This document shows positions 26,546-39,961 of a DNA stretch of 64,000 nt, one piece after another. The stretch spans positions 7,006,001 through 7,070,000 of the forward strand of contig OX597825.1 of assembly GCA_951406725.2 (NCBI GenBank). Direction: 5' to 3'. The position numbers were made by a program, and so were the translations under genes. Each line of letters starts with the position of its first letter. The stretch's first letter is position 1. This DNA is from Octopus vulgaris. Its lineage: Eukaryota. The notes under the pieces are model-generated. The model was not told where the DNA came from and ran no database searches. It saw nothing but the letters and a program-made list of their open reading frames with translations.

Positions 26546-26770
26546 CGTTTCCAGCCCCGCCTGGCACCTGTGCAGGTGGCACGTAAAAAGCACCCACTAC
26601 ACTCACGGAGTGGTTGGCGTTAGGAAGGGCATCCAGCTGTAGAAACATTGCCAGATTAGACTGGAGCCTGGTGCACCCTTCTGGCTTCCCAGAACCCCGG
26701 TCGAACCGTCCAACCCATGCTAGCATGGAGAACGGACGTTAAACGACGATGATGATGACGATGATGATAT
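26546..26770 (+). mobile_element. SINE family C
   Basis: GGAGTGGTTGGCGTTAGGAAGGGCATCCAGCTGTAGAAA..(GAT)n. Confidence 0.9.
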
Positions 26771-26799
26771 ATATATACATGCACATACACACACACATG

Positions 26800-26860
<61 letters not shown>

Positions 26861-27420
26861 CACACACACTTGAATTATATATATATACTGTATGTATATA
26901 ATGGTTAAATAAGATGGGGGGATTTGTGTCCCAGAGAACTTCACAAACAGCCACAGAATAAAGATGCCATTAACTGACATCCTAATCGTCTGGCAGTGTT
27001 TAATGCAAACAGATACGGCCGAGCTTCAATTAATTGTCTTCCATGTATTCAGTTCTACAGAACCATGCAGAAACACTTTGCTGCTGTATTTTTATTGTTG
27101 TGATCAAGGACAATGGTAACTATTGGCTAACTGGAATTGATTGCTGTACAAAACGGTTTTGCAAGTAATGAGGAAATGACAAGCAAATTGTTGAAGCAAA
27201 TACTCTGAGGGAAACATTGAATGCCTATTCTATTAACAACTTTAAATCTAAACTTGAGTAAATAACCAAACGCTTGTGATGGAGGAGATGGAGAAGATAA
27301 ACAGCAGCCAGATGAACAATAAGGATAAGAAATGGAAGAGTTATGATAGACCGGTGTAGTTGTTAACCCTTTTGTATTTAAATCAGCCATCTCCAGCCCT
27401 TAATATCCTAACTGTTTTAA

Positions 27421-27630
27421 TGTGGTGAGCTGCCAGAATCGTTAGTGGTAAAATGCTTAGTGGCATTCTGTCCGACTTTACATTCTGGGTTCAAATACAG
27501 CTGAGATTCACTTTGCCATTTGTTCTTTTTGGGTTGATAAAATAAGTACCAGTTGTATCCTGGGGTTGCTCTAATCAACTCAGGCACTCTCCCAAAGTTG
27601 CTGGCCTTGTGCCAAAACTTGAAACAAATA
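27421..27630 (+). mobile_element. SINE family B, diverged
   Basis: B head and Nin-like domain. Confidence 0.7.
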
Positions 27631-27719
27631 TTCTAACTGCTTTATGTTCAAACTAGCTAGATCCAGCCTCTCTTACTTTACAGTGTCATTCTGAAACAAA
27701 ACAAAAAAAGCAAATAAAT

Positions 27720-27877
27720 AGGCCTGTCTGTGTGGTAAAGAAGCTTGCTTCATGACCACATGGTTCCAGGTTCAGTCCCATTGCATGGCACCTTGGGCAA
27801 GTGTCTTCTACTATAGCCTTGATGTGACCAAATCCACTCATAGAGTGGATTTGAAAGACAGAAACTGAAAGAAGCCT
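27720..27877 (+). mobile_element. SINE family A, 5' half
   Basis: A head. Confidence 0.8.
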
Positions 27878-27909
27878 ATGTCTAACTCAATAGCACCACC
27901 TGGTGTATA

Positions 27910-27953
<44 letters not shown>

Positions 27954-27957
<4 letters not shown>

Positions 27958-28142
27958 AATAAGGGCATAAGAACAAAGTTTTCTTTGCCAATATGCTCAA
28001 AAATAGACCTGTGATCGTCTAACTACATACAATATTTTTCACTGTGCATTTGTATTATGAAATATTGTATGTGGTTGGACGATCTAAAGTTTATTTTTCA
28101 GCATTTTGGCAAAAAGAATTTTTTTCTTTTGCCCTTATTTAT
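27954..28142. repeat. ~85 bp imperfect inverted repeat (fold-back)
   Basis: ATAAATAAGGGCA..GATCGTCTAACTACATACAATATTT pairs with AAATATTGTATGTGGTTGGACGATC..TGCCCTTATTTAT. Confidence 0.85.
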
Positions 28143-28264
28143 GATTGTTTATAATTTTCACCTTAAAAAGTATTTTAATATGCTGGCCACTGATAACATT
28201 TATCCTTATATTAGAAGTAAATTTATATACACACACACACACACATATATATACATACATATAT

Positions 28265-28785
28265 ATCATCATAATCATCATCATTGTTGCTTAATGTCCG
28301 CTTTCCATGCTGGCATGGGTTGGATGCTTTGACTGAGGACTGGCAAGCCAGAAGGCTGCACCAGGCTCCATCTGATCTGGCAGTGTTTCTACAGCTGGAT
28401 GCCCTTCCTAATGCCAACCACTCTGAGAGTGTAGTGGGTGCTTTTTATGTGCCACTGGCACAGGGGCCAGAGGAGCTGGCATTGACCATGATCAGATGGT
28501 GCTTTTTACATGCCACCTGCACAGAAGCCAGTCAAGGCAGCACTGGCATCAGCCACTTTTGGATGGTGCTTTTTATTTGCCACCGGCACGCGGGTCACAA
28601 CTACAATTTCCATTTGATTATGATTTGATTTGATTTGATTTGATTTTGATATTGCTGTTGATGTTGATGTACTTGATGCAATAGGTCCCCTCAAGCATGG
28701 CATGTCGCCCTACGATCCAGGGTACTTTTGAGTGGGCTGGTTATGTGATGCTGGTGTAGGTTACAGCTGTGAACTCACTTTATTT
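28265..28785 (-). mobile_element. SINE family C, long variant
   Basis: C tail and Meta-like domain plus internal repeats. Confidence 0.82.
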
Positions 28786-28821
28786 GCTGGATCAGAAAAC
28801 AAAGACGACAATCAACTCTAT

Positions 28822-28874
<53 letters not shown>

Positions 28875-29609
28875 AAAATTAAATAATTAAGGTAATAAAC
28901 TACAAAAAAATAATTTTAAATCCCTACAAATTAAAACATATGACATGGTTATCTCTATCATTAGATGCTTTATTACAACTGAACCTATTTGTAACAACAT
29001 GTATTATAATATGTTTAAATGATTTAATTCCTGGTGTGAAATTAGTGGCGATGATTAGTTTTGACATATTTGGGCAAAATTAGAAATATCTAGAATTTTA
29101 TTCAATTCATTGGCAAAGTCTGATAAATCTGCCAGAAACTTGTGAACTTTGAACCTGATGTTTCAACATCTTTGTTTTCCCTGGTTAATTCGATATTGCC
29201 ATTGTTTTGGCAGAAATAGCAGACGTAAAACATTATTTACATTTAAAAAGTAAAACATAAAATTTAACTCTGCACAAGCGTTAGCAGACATTATGAGAAC
29301 CATGTTCACACACACGTGCTCTCCCTCTCTCTCTCTCTCTCTGTCTCTGTCTCTCCATTGCTCTCACATGCGCACACACTGTGTATGCGAGTCACTCAAG
29401 CCACTTGAGGGTTATAACAACTATCTTACATTAAATCAATGTAAAAAAAAATATACACAAAAAGCAACCGATGTTGTGTGTTTTAGTAAAACTTCATGAA
29501 ATTGTTTGTTTCTGGTTGGTCTTTTTTTTATATTTCATTTAAAATTCTCTGTTCAATTTTGATGACCTCATTTCAGATATTTAGTTCAACTATTTTTTTA
29601 CCATGAAAA

Positions 29610-30110
29610 CATCATCATCATCAGCAGCAGCAGCAGCATCATCGTTTTTACGTCCATTTTCCATGCTAGCATGGGTTGGACGGTTCAACCAATGTCTTGG
29701 AAGCAAGGAAGCTGCACCAGACTCCAATCTGATCTGGCAGTGTTTCTACAGCTGGATGCCCTTCCTAATGCCAACCACTCCATGAGTGTAGTGGGTACTT
29801 TCTTTGTGTCACCAGCACAGGTACCAGGCGAGGCTGGCAACGGCCACGATCGGTTGGTGCTTTTTACGTGCCACTGGCACGGAAGCCAGTCAAGGCGGCG
29901 CTGGCATCGACCACGTTCGAATGGTGCTTTTTACGTGCCAGGCGAGGCTGGCAATGGCCACAATTGGTTGGTGCCTTTTACGTGCCTCTGGCACGGAAGC
30001 CAATCAAGGCGGCGCTGGCATTGGCCACGTTCGGATGGTACATTTTATGTGCCACCGGAACAGGTATCACAACTACAATTTCCATTTGATTTTTTGGTGT
30101 TGATGTACTT
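29610..30110 (-). mobile_element. SINE family C with internal tandem repeats
   Basis: Repeated GGTGCTTTTTACGTGCC..GGCACGGAAGCC..AAGGCGGCGCTGGCAT units. Confidence 0.88.
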
Positions 30111-30234
30111 CACTCATTCATTCAGTTCTCTTCATTTCTTTCCATCACACATTCAAAAATTATTAACCTTCAGAACTACATAGCTTCCTCTATTTCCAAA
30201 CTCAGCCCAATGAAACTTATTTTTCTTAATCCTC

Positions 30235-30890
30235 ATCATCATCATCCTTTAATGTCTGTTTTCCATGTTGGCATGGATTGGATGGTTTGACCAGAGCTGG
30301 AAAACCAGACAGAAGCACTAGGATCCAGTCTGATTTGGCATGGTTTGCTATGGCTGGATTCACTTCCTAACACCAACCGCGTTACAGAGTGTACTGGGCG
30401 CTTTTATGTGGCACCACACCTATTTCTTTATTGCCCACAAGGGGCTAAACACAGAGAGGACAAACAAGGACAGACAAACGGATTAAGTCGATTATATCGA
30501 TCCCAGTGCGTAACTGGTACTTAATTTATCGACCCTGAAAGGACGAAAGGTAAAGTAGACCTCGGCGGAATTTGAACTCAGAACGTAGCGGCAGACGGAA
30601 TACCTGTTTCTTTACTACCCACAAGGGGCTAAACACAGAGGAGACAAGCAAGGACAGACAAACGGATTAAGTCAATTATATCGACCCCAGTGCATAACTG
30701 GTACTTAATTTATCAAACTCGAAAGGACGAAAGGCAAAGTCGACCTCGGCGGAATTTGAACTCAGAACGTAGAGGCAGATGAAATACTGTTAAACATTTC
30801 GCCTGGCGTGCTAACGATTCTGCCAGCTTGCCGCCTTCATTTATGTGGCACCACACGAGTGCTTTCACGTGGCACTACCACAAGTGCCAC
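30235..30890 (-). mobile_element. Family C remnant with nested family B tandem dimer (30420-30839)
   Basis: 17 bp duplication TTTATGTGGCACCACAC at 30403-30419 and 30840-30856; B body repeated twice. Confidence 0.85.
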
Positions 30891-32854
30891 CCCTCTTCTT
30901 GAAGGGGAGCAGCCTCAATGCTTCTGCTGTGGAGTATGGATCATCTTGAGTACAGCATGGTGTCAGCTATTTCTGTCCATTATCATCTTGCCCAAAGCAG
31001 ATGTTAATATCACACAACAATAATAATCATCTTACTGGCCTTTAGTTATATTACCTGGAATCATTAACTCATCCCTCATTTACAATGTGAAATTCTGCTA
31101 AAGTCTCAGCCCCTCCTTTCGTCTCATCCCCTCTGCTCATATTCCTCTCATCTAACACAAATTCACCTTCCTCAATGTATCTCCCTCTTTCAGCTGAGGG
31201 ATCTTATCTTGTAAATTATTTTGTAACCTCACTACTTCTGGTACTATGTACAAAGCACCCAGTCCATGCTGTAATGTAGTTGGCATTAGGAAAGAATGAC
31301 ACGTTTTGTAAGTTTTCCAAGTATTTATTTCAATCTCCTCAAATTTCGTTAATTTACCTAATTAGGCTACTAACTAAATATTTTTGTTAACAGCTGGTGA
31401 TTTGTGGCATCAGTGACTGAAAACTAATTGTTATGCTACATATCATTGGCAGTGAGATTCAGCTGACATGCATCAACCAGATGCCTGTCACTGAGGAAAT
31501 ACAGTATGTGAAAATCATAGGAACTGGTAGATCAGGTGTTTATTCAATATATGTCTGCACTCTTAGCACCACATGTCTATATGAGAAGACCTCTCAAGGC
31601 AAGTACTGCTGTATTCGGTGTTTTAATAGTACATCCACATTAAGTAGGATATAAAGATTGCTGTTTGATATTAATATTGCTTCCATTGCTAATTAGGATT
31701 AGCAATCAGCACTGTATGTCTAGCATTTTATCAAGTTAAACAACACTGTGCTCTAATGATGATTGAGAAGAAACTTCATCAACAGAAAGTAATTTGTCTT
31801 AATAAATGTCACTGTGTGACAAAATAGTCTTTTATTTATTTATATATTTCTCTGAAGAATTCTATGTCATGGTTTTTGCATTTTCTCTGTGATATGATAA
31901 CCCTCACACAATTTCACTCACAATGCTTTGGTAAATCAAAGGTCAGCTATGATAAAACAAAAACTCTTGGCCAAGGAACCATACAGTGAACCAAAAGCAA
32001 CTAGTTCTTCTTAAGCCTGCAGCAGTCCATATTCCGTTGCCAAAGGCTAAAGTGTCTCCCAGATAACATCTTTACATTTCAGTGATATATTTTCTATCAT
32101 AGCATATAAAGATATTATAATGAAGTACACCTCCCTCCAGGATAAAACTGGGGTAATGTATAACAGATATATTTTCTATTACAATAAATAGGCCCCTTTA
32201 CTTTTCCCTTGGATAACATTGGTGACATGGAGAGGGGAGCCTGGACTTGTGCCTCGGAGGGTAACTTTCTAGGTGCAATCCCATGGTCAATCACCCAATC
32301 ACCCAAATATTCATATATAATATAAGCATATACGTTTTATTGACATAACTTATAAAATGGTAAAACTTTGTTGTCAAGGCAACTTTCTTTAGAAACTAAA
32401 TATGTTCTCGACATTCAGGGAGGTGTTCGTTAATGTGTTATTCCTCTTCAACTGGGAAAAACATTGCCTCTTCCTCATTCGATATACCTACAGTCAGTCT
32501 GATTGGAGATCTTCATCTGCTAATTAACCTTTCTGCCAAACTGTATGTCTATCCAGTTAGCTAACCATCCAACCAGCTGTTTCATTTCCTTCATATTCCC
32601 TACCTCATCTGTCTGTGTGTCTGTGTGTCTGTCTGTCTCTCTATCTATCTATTGGTCTGTTGTACATACATACATAGAGAGAGAAAGAGACAGATAGACA
32701 GACAGACCAGTAGATAGATAAATACATACATACATACATACATATATACATACATACATACATACATATATACATACATACATACATACATACATTCATA
32801 CATACATACATACATACATACATACATACAGCAGTCGCTCATACATAAAAGTCT

Positions 32855-33082
32855 TCCCTATCTACACTACCAATGTTATCTAAGAAAAAGGCGAAGGCTG
32901 ATACAGCTTGGCACCAGCTGCATTGGCCTTTCTACAAATCATTTCTACAGCTGAGTGAACTGCAGCAATGTGAAATAAAGTGTCTTGCTCAAGAACAAAA
33001 CACACAGCACAGTTCGAAGATTGAACTCACTACCTCATGGCTGTGAGCCTAATACTCTAAGCACTGAGCCATCCACCTTCAC
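32855..33082 (-). mobile_element. SINE family D, partial
   Basis: Reverse complement of the D head and body. Confidence 0.8.
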
Positions 33083-33105
33083 AATGACTTGGGATATCCA
33101 ACTAA

Positions 33106-33276
33106 TAGGCGTAGGAGTGGCTGTGTGGTAAGTAGCTTGCTTACCAACCATATACTTCTGGGTTCAGTCCCACTGCGTGGCACCTTGGGCAAATGTCTTC
33201 TACTATAGCCTCGGTCCGACCAAAGCCTTGTGAGTGGAATTGGTAGACGGAAACTGAAAGAAGCCCATTGTATATA

Positions 33277-33328
<52 letters not shown>

Positions 33329-33551
33329 GTATGAGTGTGTGTATATGCTTGTGTGTCTGTGTTTGTCCCTCAACTTCGCTTGACAACCAATGCTGGTGCG
33401 TTTACGTCCCTGTAACTTAGCAGTTCAGCAATAGAAACTGATAGAATAAGTACCAAGCTTACAAAGAATAAGTCCTGAGGTCGATTTGCTCGACTAAAGG
33501 CGGTGCTCCAGCATGGCCACAGTCAAATGACAGAAACAAGTAAAAGAGAGT
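33106..33551 (+). mobile_element. SINE family A, full length
   Basis: Matches the A consensus. Confidence 0.92.
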
Positions 33552-34295
33552 AAGTACAATGAGGAGGTGTAACACATGACTGTAAACAGCGGGGTCATTC
33601 CATAAATGACGAACGCTCCATTTCATTGAATTGATGGAGACAAAAGTCATGGAAGACGGGGTTAAGTTTCGAGAACCTCACACATTATGGTGGATGTATT
33701 TCAGAAACAATTAAACTGAAGCCAACAAAACAAGACTGTAGCGGTGGCACAACTATAATAGTATTTACGAGAGATGACTTAATGGAGATAATTCTCTTAC
33801 ATAACACACACACACACACACACACAGGCAATGATGTTTGGTGAAGGAACCTGCTCATATTTAATCTGCCATCAATATCCCACGCCATTTCACCCCCCTC
33901 TATCACCACCACCACCACTTCGTATAATTCTCTCAGGTTTGGTTATATTGGCTGCAGTTATTATGTATAAATAAACTATAAATTCTTTGCCAGCATAGCA
34001 ACCGAAAACCATTAATAAAAAATAACACTATTGGAATTAGACTAATCTGGTTACTCTGCGGCAATTTTACAACAATACGTTACTTTTATATACGTTAGGT
34101 GTATCCTTCATAAAGTTTTCTTATTGAAGAAGCATTATTAAGTCAATAATAATTAAAGCAAAAACTGAATTGATGATTTAAGCAGTACATATTCCTTTGT
34201 GACCTCATAGTAACAGTTAACGACAGGGCTACAGAATATTAGTGCCATACAAGGAAATATTGTGTTTTCGGTAAGTTTATTTCATTAAGGCAAAT

Positions 34296-34428
34296 CATCA
34301 TCATCATCATTGTTTAACGTCTGCCTTCCATGCTAGCATGGGTTGGACGATTTTGACTGAGGGCTGGTGAACCAGACGGCCACACCAGGCTCCAATCTTG
34401 ATCTGGCAGAGTTTCTACAGCTGGATGT
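34296..34428 (-). mobile_element. SINE family C, 3' part
   Basis: C tail. Confidence 0.85.
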
Positions 34429-35099
34429 CTCAACTTTGGTCAACTTGTGCCGCAGGATCTCGGAGGAGATAGTGTTAGTTGAAGGCTACCAAACCTGCCA
34501 TACACAGACAACTTCAGCTTTATATAGAGAGAGATTAGGAACACTGTTCAGTCATTCAGGCATGCAAAGGGCATTGTGTGTAGAATGGTACAAGGTTTGA
34601 AGAATTTCTAAAACAAGTGTCAGAAAATTCTTCACTGGAAAAAGAAACAAAACAACAAAAGAGAATAAAATATAAAGAATAACAGAAGGAATTAATAACA
34701 AATAGAAAATAAACTAAGAAAAAGAAAAAAGAAAAGAATTGAAATGCAAAACAAATAATTTTGTCTAATGTTGATGTTAATATTAAGTAGAGAATTTGGG
34801 GATGACAAACATTTGACCCATTAAAAAATTTAAGTCTTTTGTAATAATGTATTGAAATGGTTTGTATTCTTTGTTAAGTGAGTTAGAGACACATTCAGGA
34901 GTCTTGTGACAAGAACAGTTCCATTAGATATAGAAATAGCCAGAGAAAGAAAGAGACAAGTTCTTTTGAATTCTATTTTTGGTTTGCAGTGTATAAGAAA
35001 AGTTTTATCTTAAAAGCTTTGCTTTTTGTATCAGATCAAATATACACACATAGAATAATATTTTTGGTTTGGGGGGGATGGAGGGAATTCAGAAGGCAT

Positions 35100-35335
35100 A
35101 GTTTGTAAGGAAGAATGATATAAAGAGGTGATATAAATTGACTTATTTTTCCTAGGGGGACGTTTGTATAATTACACTCAATGAAATCAAAAACAAGAAA
35201 GTGAAAGGACTTGAGTTGATGCTGTATTGAAAGCTGATAAGCCTTTGACCAACAAATGAGTATTTTCTGGTTGGCTAATTATTTTCACAAATGTTAATTA
35301 CAAGTTATCTTAATTGACTTCAGGAGTAGGCAAAG
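35100..35335 (-). mobile_element. Possible decayed Penelope-like RT fragment
   Basis: Minus-strand FLVFDFIECNYTNVPLG resembles the PLE motif (S/T)xD(V/I)xxLYTNVP; the rest is heavily decayed. Confidence 0.4.
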
Positions 35336-36866
35336 TGGAAAACATAAAGGTTTTTAAAATTTTTTTTTTTAATTAAAAATTTTTTCTAAGGTTTTGTGTA
35401 ATCGAAATAAAATACTGAGAATTTTGACAAAAAAAAAAACAAATTGTGAACCACGTTTTTTGTAATTGTAGAGTTAATACCTACCTTACAATATTGTAAT
35501 GTATGTTCTGTGTATTTGTCTATGTGGTTGTATGTGTAAAAATTGGTTCACTTCTATGTTCAGCATAAAATATTGAAAGGAAAAAAAAATTTACAAAAAA
35601 AATTTATATGAATATAAACAAAGAAATAAGGAAGCTTAGACTAAAAAGTTCTCTAAGTCTATGACTTTTTTTTTTCCATTTTCGTTTTTACTTTGTTCTG
35701 AGCTATGCAGCAATTGATTTCAGTTTAGGAGAAAACTTTACAACAAATTATGTTCAGCCAGAGATTGCCTTTCAAAATTTGAATACTGCAGAGGTGTGCA
35801 AAGAAAATCTTATGACACTTTTAGTGAGCTGCAACACCTCAGGCTAAAATAACACCATAGCACCTTCCAAGAAAGAACATTTGGTCTGTTAAAAGAAAGA
35901 GGATGAAGGAAATCATCTTTGACATTCCTAAACTCTCTCTCACCACACACACACACACACACACACACAAGTGAGACTGTAGCAGTTGAATTCGACCTTT
36001 AGACCTATCTCAGGAGTAAACATGAATTGGAAACAAATAGTGGATGATAAGATTAGGGGAAGTGGTTCAGAATAGGTACATCTCACACATAGAAGCCAGG
36101 TAGTTGTAGTCTCAGCAGGAGGGGAAGAAAGAATAAAGAGGGTAGCATTTGTGAGCTATTGATTGCAGCTTGTTGATGAGCAAATCTTTACCAATCATCT
36201 GGATGGTTTGTTTTTTTGTAGACAAGAATGTCTGTGCATTGCAGCAGTAGCAACCCCAGATATGGAAGCAGAACTCAAATGTGGGTCTTTCTCGGGGAAA
36301 TTCTACAACAAATCAGAGCTGAGTTATTTTATGGGCCTTTAAACGATCTCTGTTGTCTGAGATGTAATTGTATATGCAAGGAAAGTGTAACAAGTCATGA
36401 AAGAGTTTAGTATTTGCAGGGAAATTGGAAGTTTGATTGAATACTAAGCACATGAAAGAACGATGTAGCACTTGTTGATACATGTTACACTTGTGATATT
36501 GAGTGAGAATAGGTTATTATAGTCTGTGGTAGAGGGGACGATTTCTTTTAAAGTCCCTGTTCATGAAAGCAGCTCACTGTAGAACAAGTTTGTATACACA
36601 TAATAAAGGGGTCCTTAAAAGTGATATCCTCTAATTATCATTGAATAGTGTTGCTGGAAATTACAAGTTTGGCCATTAATATTCAGAAAAAGGTCTAAAA
36701 GCGATAAAAGAATCTTAGAATGTGTATATCGAAGTAGATTCGTCTGAGAGAATAGTCCAGTCCTACTAATGAGATGTAGAGAAGAAGTTCATAGGTGAGC
36801 AACTTAGCTAGAAGGGTTTCATAGCTAATAAGGTTTAAGCAGCAGCATTTCACCAATGTTCTTTAA

Positions 36867-37087
36867 TCCTTCCGTTACCAACCCAGCTGAAACTGGCTTT
36901 GGCACTGAGTATAAAAGTTTTGTTTTCATACATTTTGAATCAAAATCTTCCACGAAACCTTTGTCACAATTTATGTTCCTAACACTAGCTTAATGATAAC
37001 CAAGTTATTTTACTAAATTCTTTGTTATATTTAAAATTAATTGTAAGAAACACAGAGCATCTCAATAGAAATACAGTAACAAAAGGG
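36867..37087. mobile_element. piggyBac-type MITE with TTAA target duplication
   Basis: TTAA|TCCTTCCGTTAC ... GTAACAAAAGGG|TTAA. Confidence 0.75.
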
Positions 37088-37140
37088 TTAAGTAAGAGAT
37101 TATTCATGTGTGCTGGAGAAGAGCAAATCTTCAACAGATA

Positions 37141-37542
37141 TAGGTGCAGGAGTGGTTGTGTCATAAGTAGCTTGCTTACCAACCACATGGTTCTGGGTTC
37201 ATTCCTACTGCATGGCACCTTGGGCAAGTGTCTTCTACTATAGCCTTGGGCCGACCAATGCCTTGTGAGTGGATTTGCTAGACGGAAACTGAGAGAAGCC
37301 TGGCGTATATATGTATGTGTGTGTATATGTTTGTGTGTCTGTGTTGGTCTCTCCAACATCGCTTGACAACCGATGGTGGTGTGTTTATGTCCCTGTAACT
37401 TAGCAGTTTGGCAAAAGAGATTGATAGAATAAGTACTAGGCTTACAAAGAATAAGTCCTGGGGTTGATTTGCTCAACTAAAGGCAGTGCTTCAGCATGGC
37501 CACAGTCAAATGACTGAAACAAGTAAAAGAGTAAAAAGAGTC
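37141..37542 (+). mobile_element. SINE family A, full length
   Basis: Matches the A consensus. Confidence 0.92.
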
Positions 37543-38714
37543 AAGAGAGATATGGTCTTTTGGAAGCTTTACTGGTGTCAATAAGAAGAGGAAGAAACCT
37601 AAAGTGATAGAGACTCTTGCCTAAGGTTCTTTCCATTGTCTTTGGGATGTTTGGGGTAGGGTTTATGGTTGGTAGGTCAGAGGATTTTCTTAGTTTCATA
37701 AATTGAATAAATTAACATATGTTTTCGCAGACAGGGAAAAGAGAAAGCCCCGGAGAAGACTATTATTAGTTGCTAGCAGAAGGGATATTGTTTATCAAGG
37801 AGTTGTCAGTGTTTGTGTACACTATTAATATTATAGACACTTATTATTGAAATAAATTTTATTACTACGTAAATATATGTGTGTGTGTGTGCATACATGC
37901 ATGTGTGCATGCGGGTGTGTTTGTGTGTGTGTGTTTCCATTGGAATTGGTTTGGGTTTCTTCCACATACAAACTCAAATTCCGATTGCATTTCATTTTTC
38001 CTAGAATGGATTTCAGTTTTATATTTGATTATAGATTGCTGAGTAATTTACTAAAAAACAAAATTTCTGATATCAAAACCAAAAAAAAAAAACAAAAAAA
38101 AAACAAAAAAAAAAAATCATTTTTGTTATTCTTAATTTGGACTTCCTATTTTCACTAACTTCTCAAATATCAAATTGGATTTCCAAGCTACAAATAAAAC
38201 AAACAAACTGGATAGAAAGAGAGGCAAGCGATTTTTTGATTATCAGCTATGTTGTATGAGCAGCAATATCTAATAAAACTTACTGATCTGAAATGAAATA
38301 CTTTGTAGCAGTAATCGTAAACATTATGATAAGAGCATCGGAGTGAACCGCCCAGCAAATAGAGGTGATGGAAATGCCAAAACATAGAGGAAGTGTTCAA
38401 TTTTTATGAACACAATAATAGAGGAAGTTCTTTATAGTATTACGACATTTTTAGGTGTTGCAAGTATGTTTTAAACTGAAAAATAGCATGGAAATTATCA
38501 TTAGGCTGCCTTCTCAAATGAAATTAAATAGTTCTTCTCAAAGACAACTTTGGATAATGGCTTCTCATGCAACTTTTGTTGTTATTCATTGATATTTACG
38601 TTTTTTAAAAATATTTTTTATTTTCTAAAAAAAAAAACACTTTTAGATGTATGAGTTATCTTGTCATGCCATAGCTCCAAGTGACTGATGCTTAATAATG
38701 TTGATGAAGTCGAT

Positions 38715-38715
38715 G

Positions 38716-38774
<59 letters not shown>
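38715..38774. repeat. (AAT)n microsatellite
   Basis: Direct reading. Confidence 0.95.
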
Positions 38775-39693
38775 TGTAATGATAAAATGTTTTAAAAAAT
38801 GAGAAAAATGAAATTGAAGAAAATAGTAATTAAATTATTAAAAATTGTTGGTTCTTTTCTCTTTGTTTATGGAAATGATTTTTCGTTTAATTTCTATTCA
38901 CCACTTTGTAACATTAATGTACCTTTCTGATAATCTGTGACATACAAAAAATAGAAAACAAACAAAAGACAAAACAAAACAAAACAAAAACAAACAAGTT
39001 AATTCCCTATCAGAAATGAATTGTTCCACAGTGTCAGCCTGATGAACTTTTAAAAGCTAAGGAAATCTAAATTCAAAAGAAAAGAAAAAAGAAAGGTTTG
39101 TTTATTAAATTTTATTTATTGCCATTATTTTTTGAATATGTAAAAAGAATTTAAAATTAATTTTTCGATGGAGTTTTTAAACGCTTTTTTTGTTTAAGGG
39201 ATGATAAAGAAAAATATGGGTTATAAAGAAAATATGAAATGTTAAGAGATATTGATGGAGCCAAATACAGTAAGAGAATTAAATTAAATATAGAAGAATG
39301 AGACAAAGAAAGTTATGAATTGGGTATTAGCAGTTGTATTATACAATCAATCTGTGAATTAATATCTAGGAAATTAGTTGAAAGACGTTTGTGATGTTAG
39401 GGTGTTATGGTAAGTTCAGCTGTGTCTATCACCTGTGGTTGAAATTTAAGATCAATGATATAAACTTTCTCCAATTGTTTCGTTAGCTTACAAACAACAA
39501 GAATTTAAAACAAGTAATAATTAACAGTATATCTATTTCTGCTTTGGGCAAACTTATGAAATTTAAAGTTATTATAAACATGGAATAATGATACTTCATG
39601 TAGGCTCACAGCTGAAGACACTTGCAAAGCAATGGTCTTTGAGTTGAAGTACCAAAGGTTTCAGCTCCATTGACAAATCCCAGACAAAGACAC

Positions 39694-39961
39694 TCTATAT
39701 TTAAGAGATGAGGAATTATGTACATATGGTGTAGTGGTTAAGAGCGTGGGCTACTAAACTCGAGATTCTGAGTTCGATTCCAGGCAGTGACCTGAATAAT
39801 AATAATAACAACATCGAAAAATACCTTAGGATCGACAATCCAAGTTCGAAATTTCCTCAAGACACCTGATGAAGGCTGGAGAGTATATCAGCTGAAATGT
39901 TGTGTTAACAACAAACAAGATGAGGACAAATATCTGTCAATGTAAATAATGTAAATAATGT
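39694..39961 (+). mobile_element. Family F: tRNA-headed SINE with hammerhead-like motif (39861-39906) and inverted 3' tail at its 5' end
   Basis: TGGTGTAGTGGTTAAGAGC (box A), GAGTTCGATTCC (box B), (AAT)n, GACAC CTGATGA A GGCTG..CAGCT GAAA TG TT GTGTT; AAAGACAC duplicated at 39686-39693 and 39962-39969. Confidence 0.8.

Noticed and set aside
39036-39072. CTGATGA-A-CTT..AAG-GAAA
   Set aside because: Only a 3 bp helix II, no helix I, single copy.
39724-39790. tRNA gene
   Set aside because: Box A/B are present but the acceptor stem is incomplete and it runs into a repeat body; it is a SINE head, like those of families A, B, D and E.
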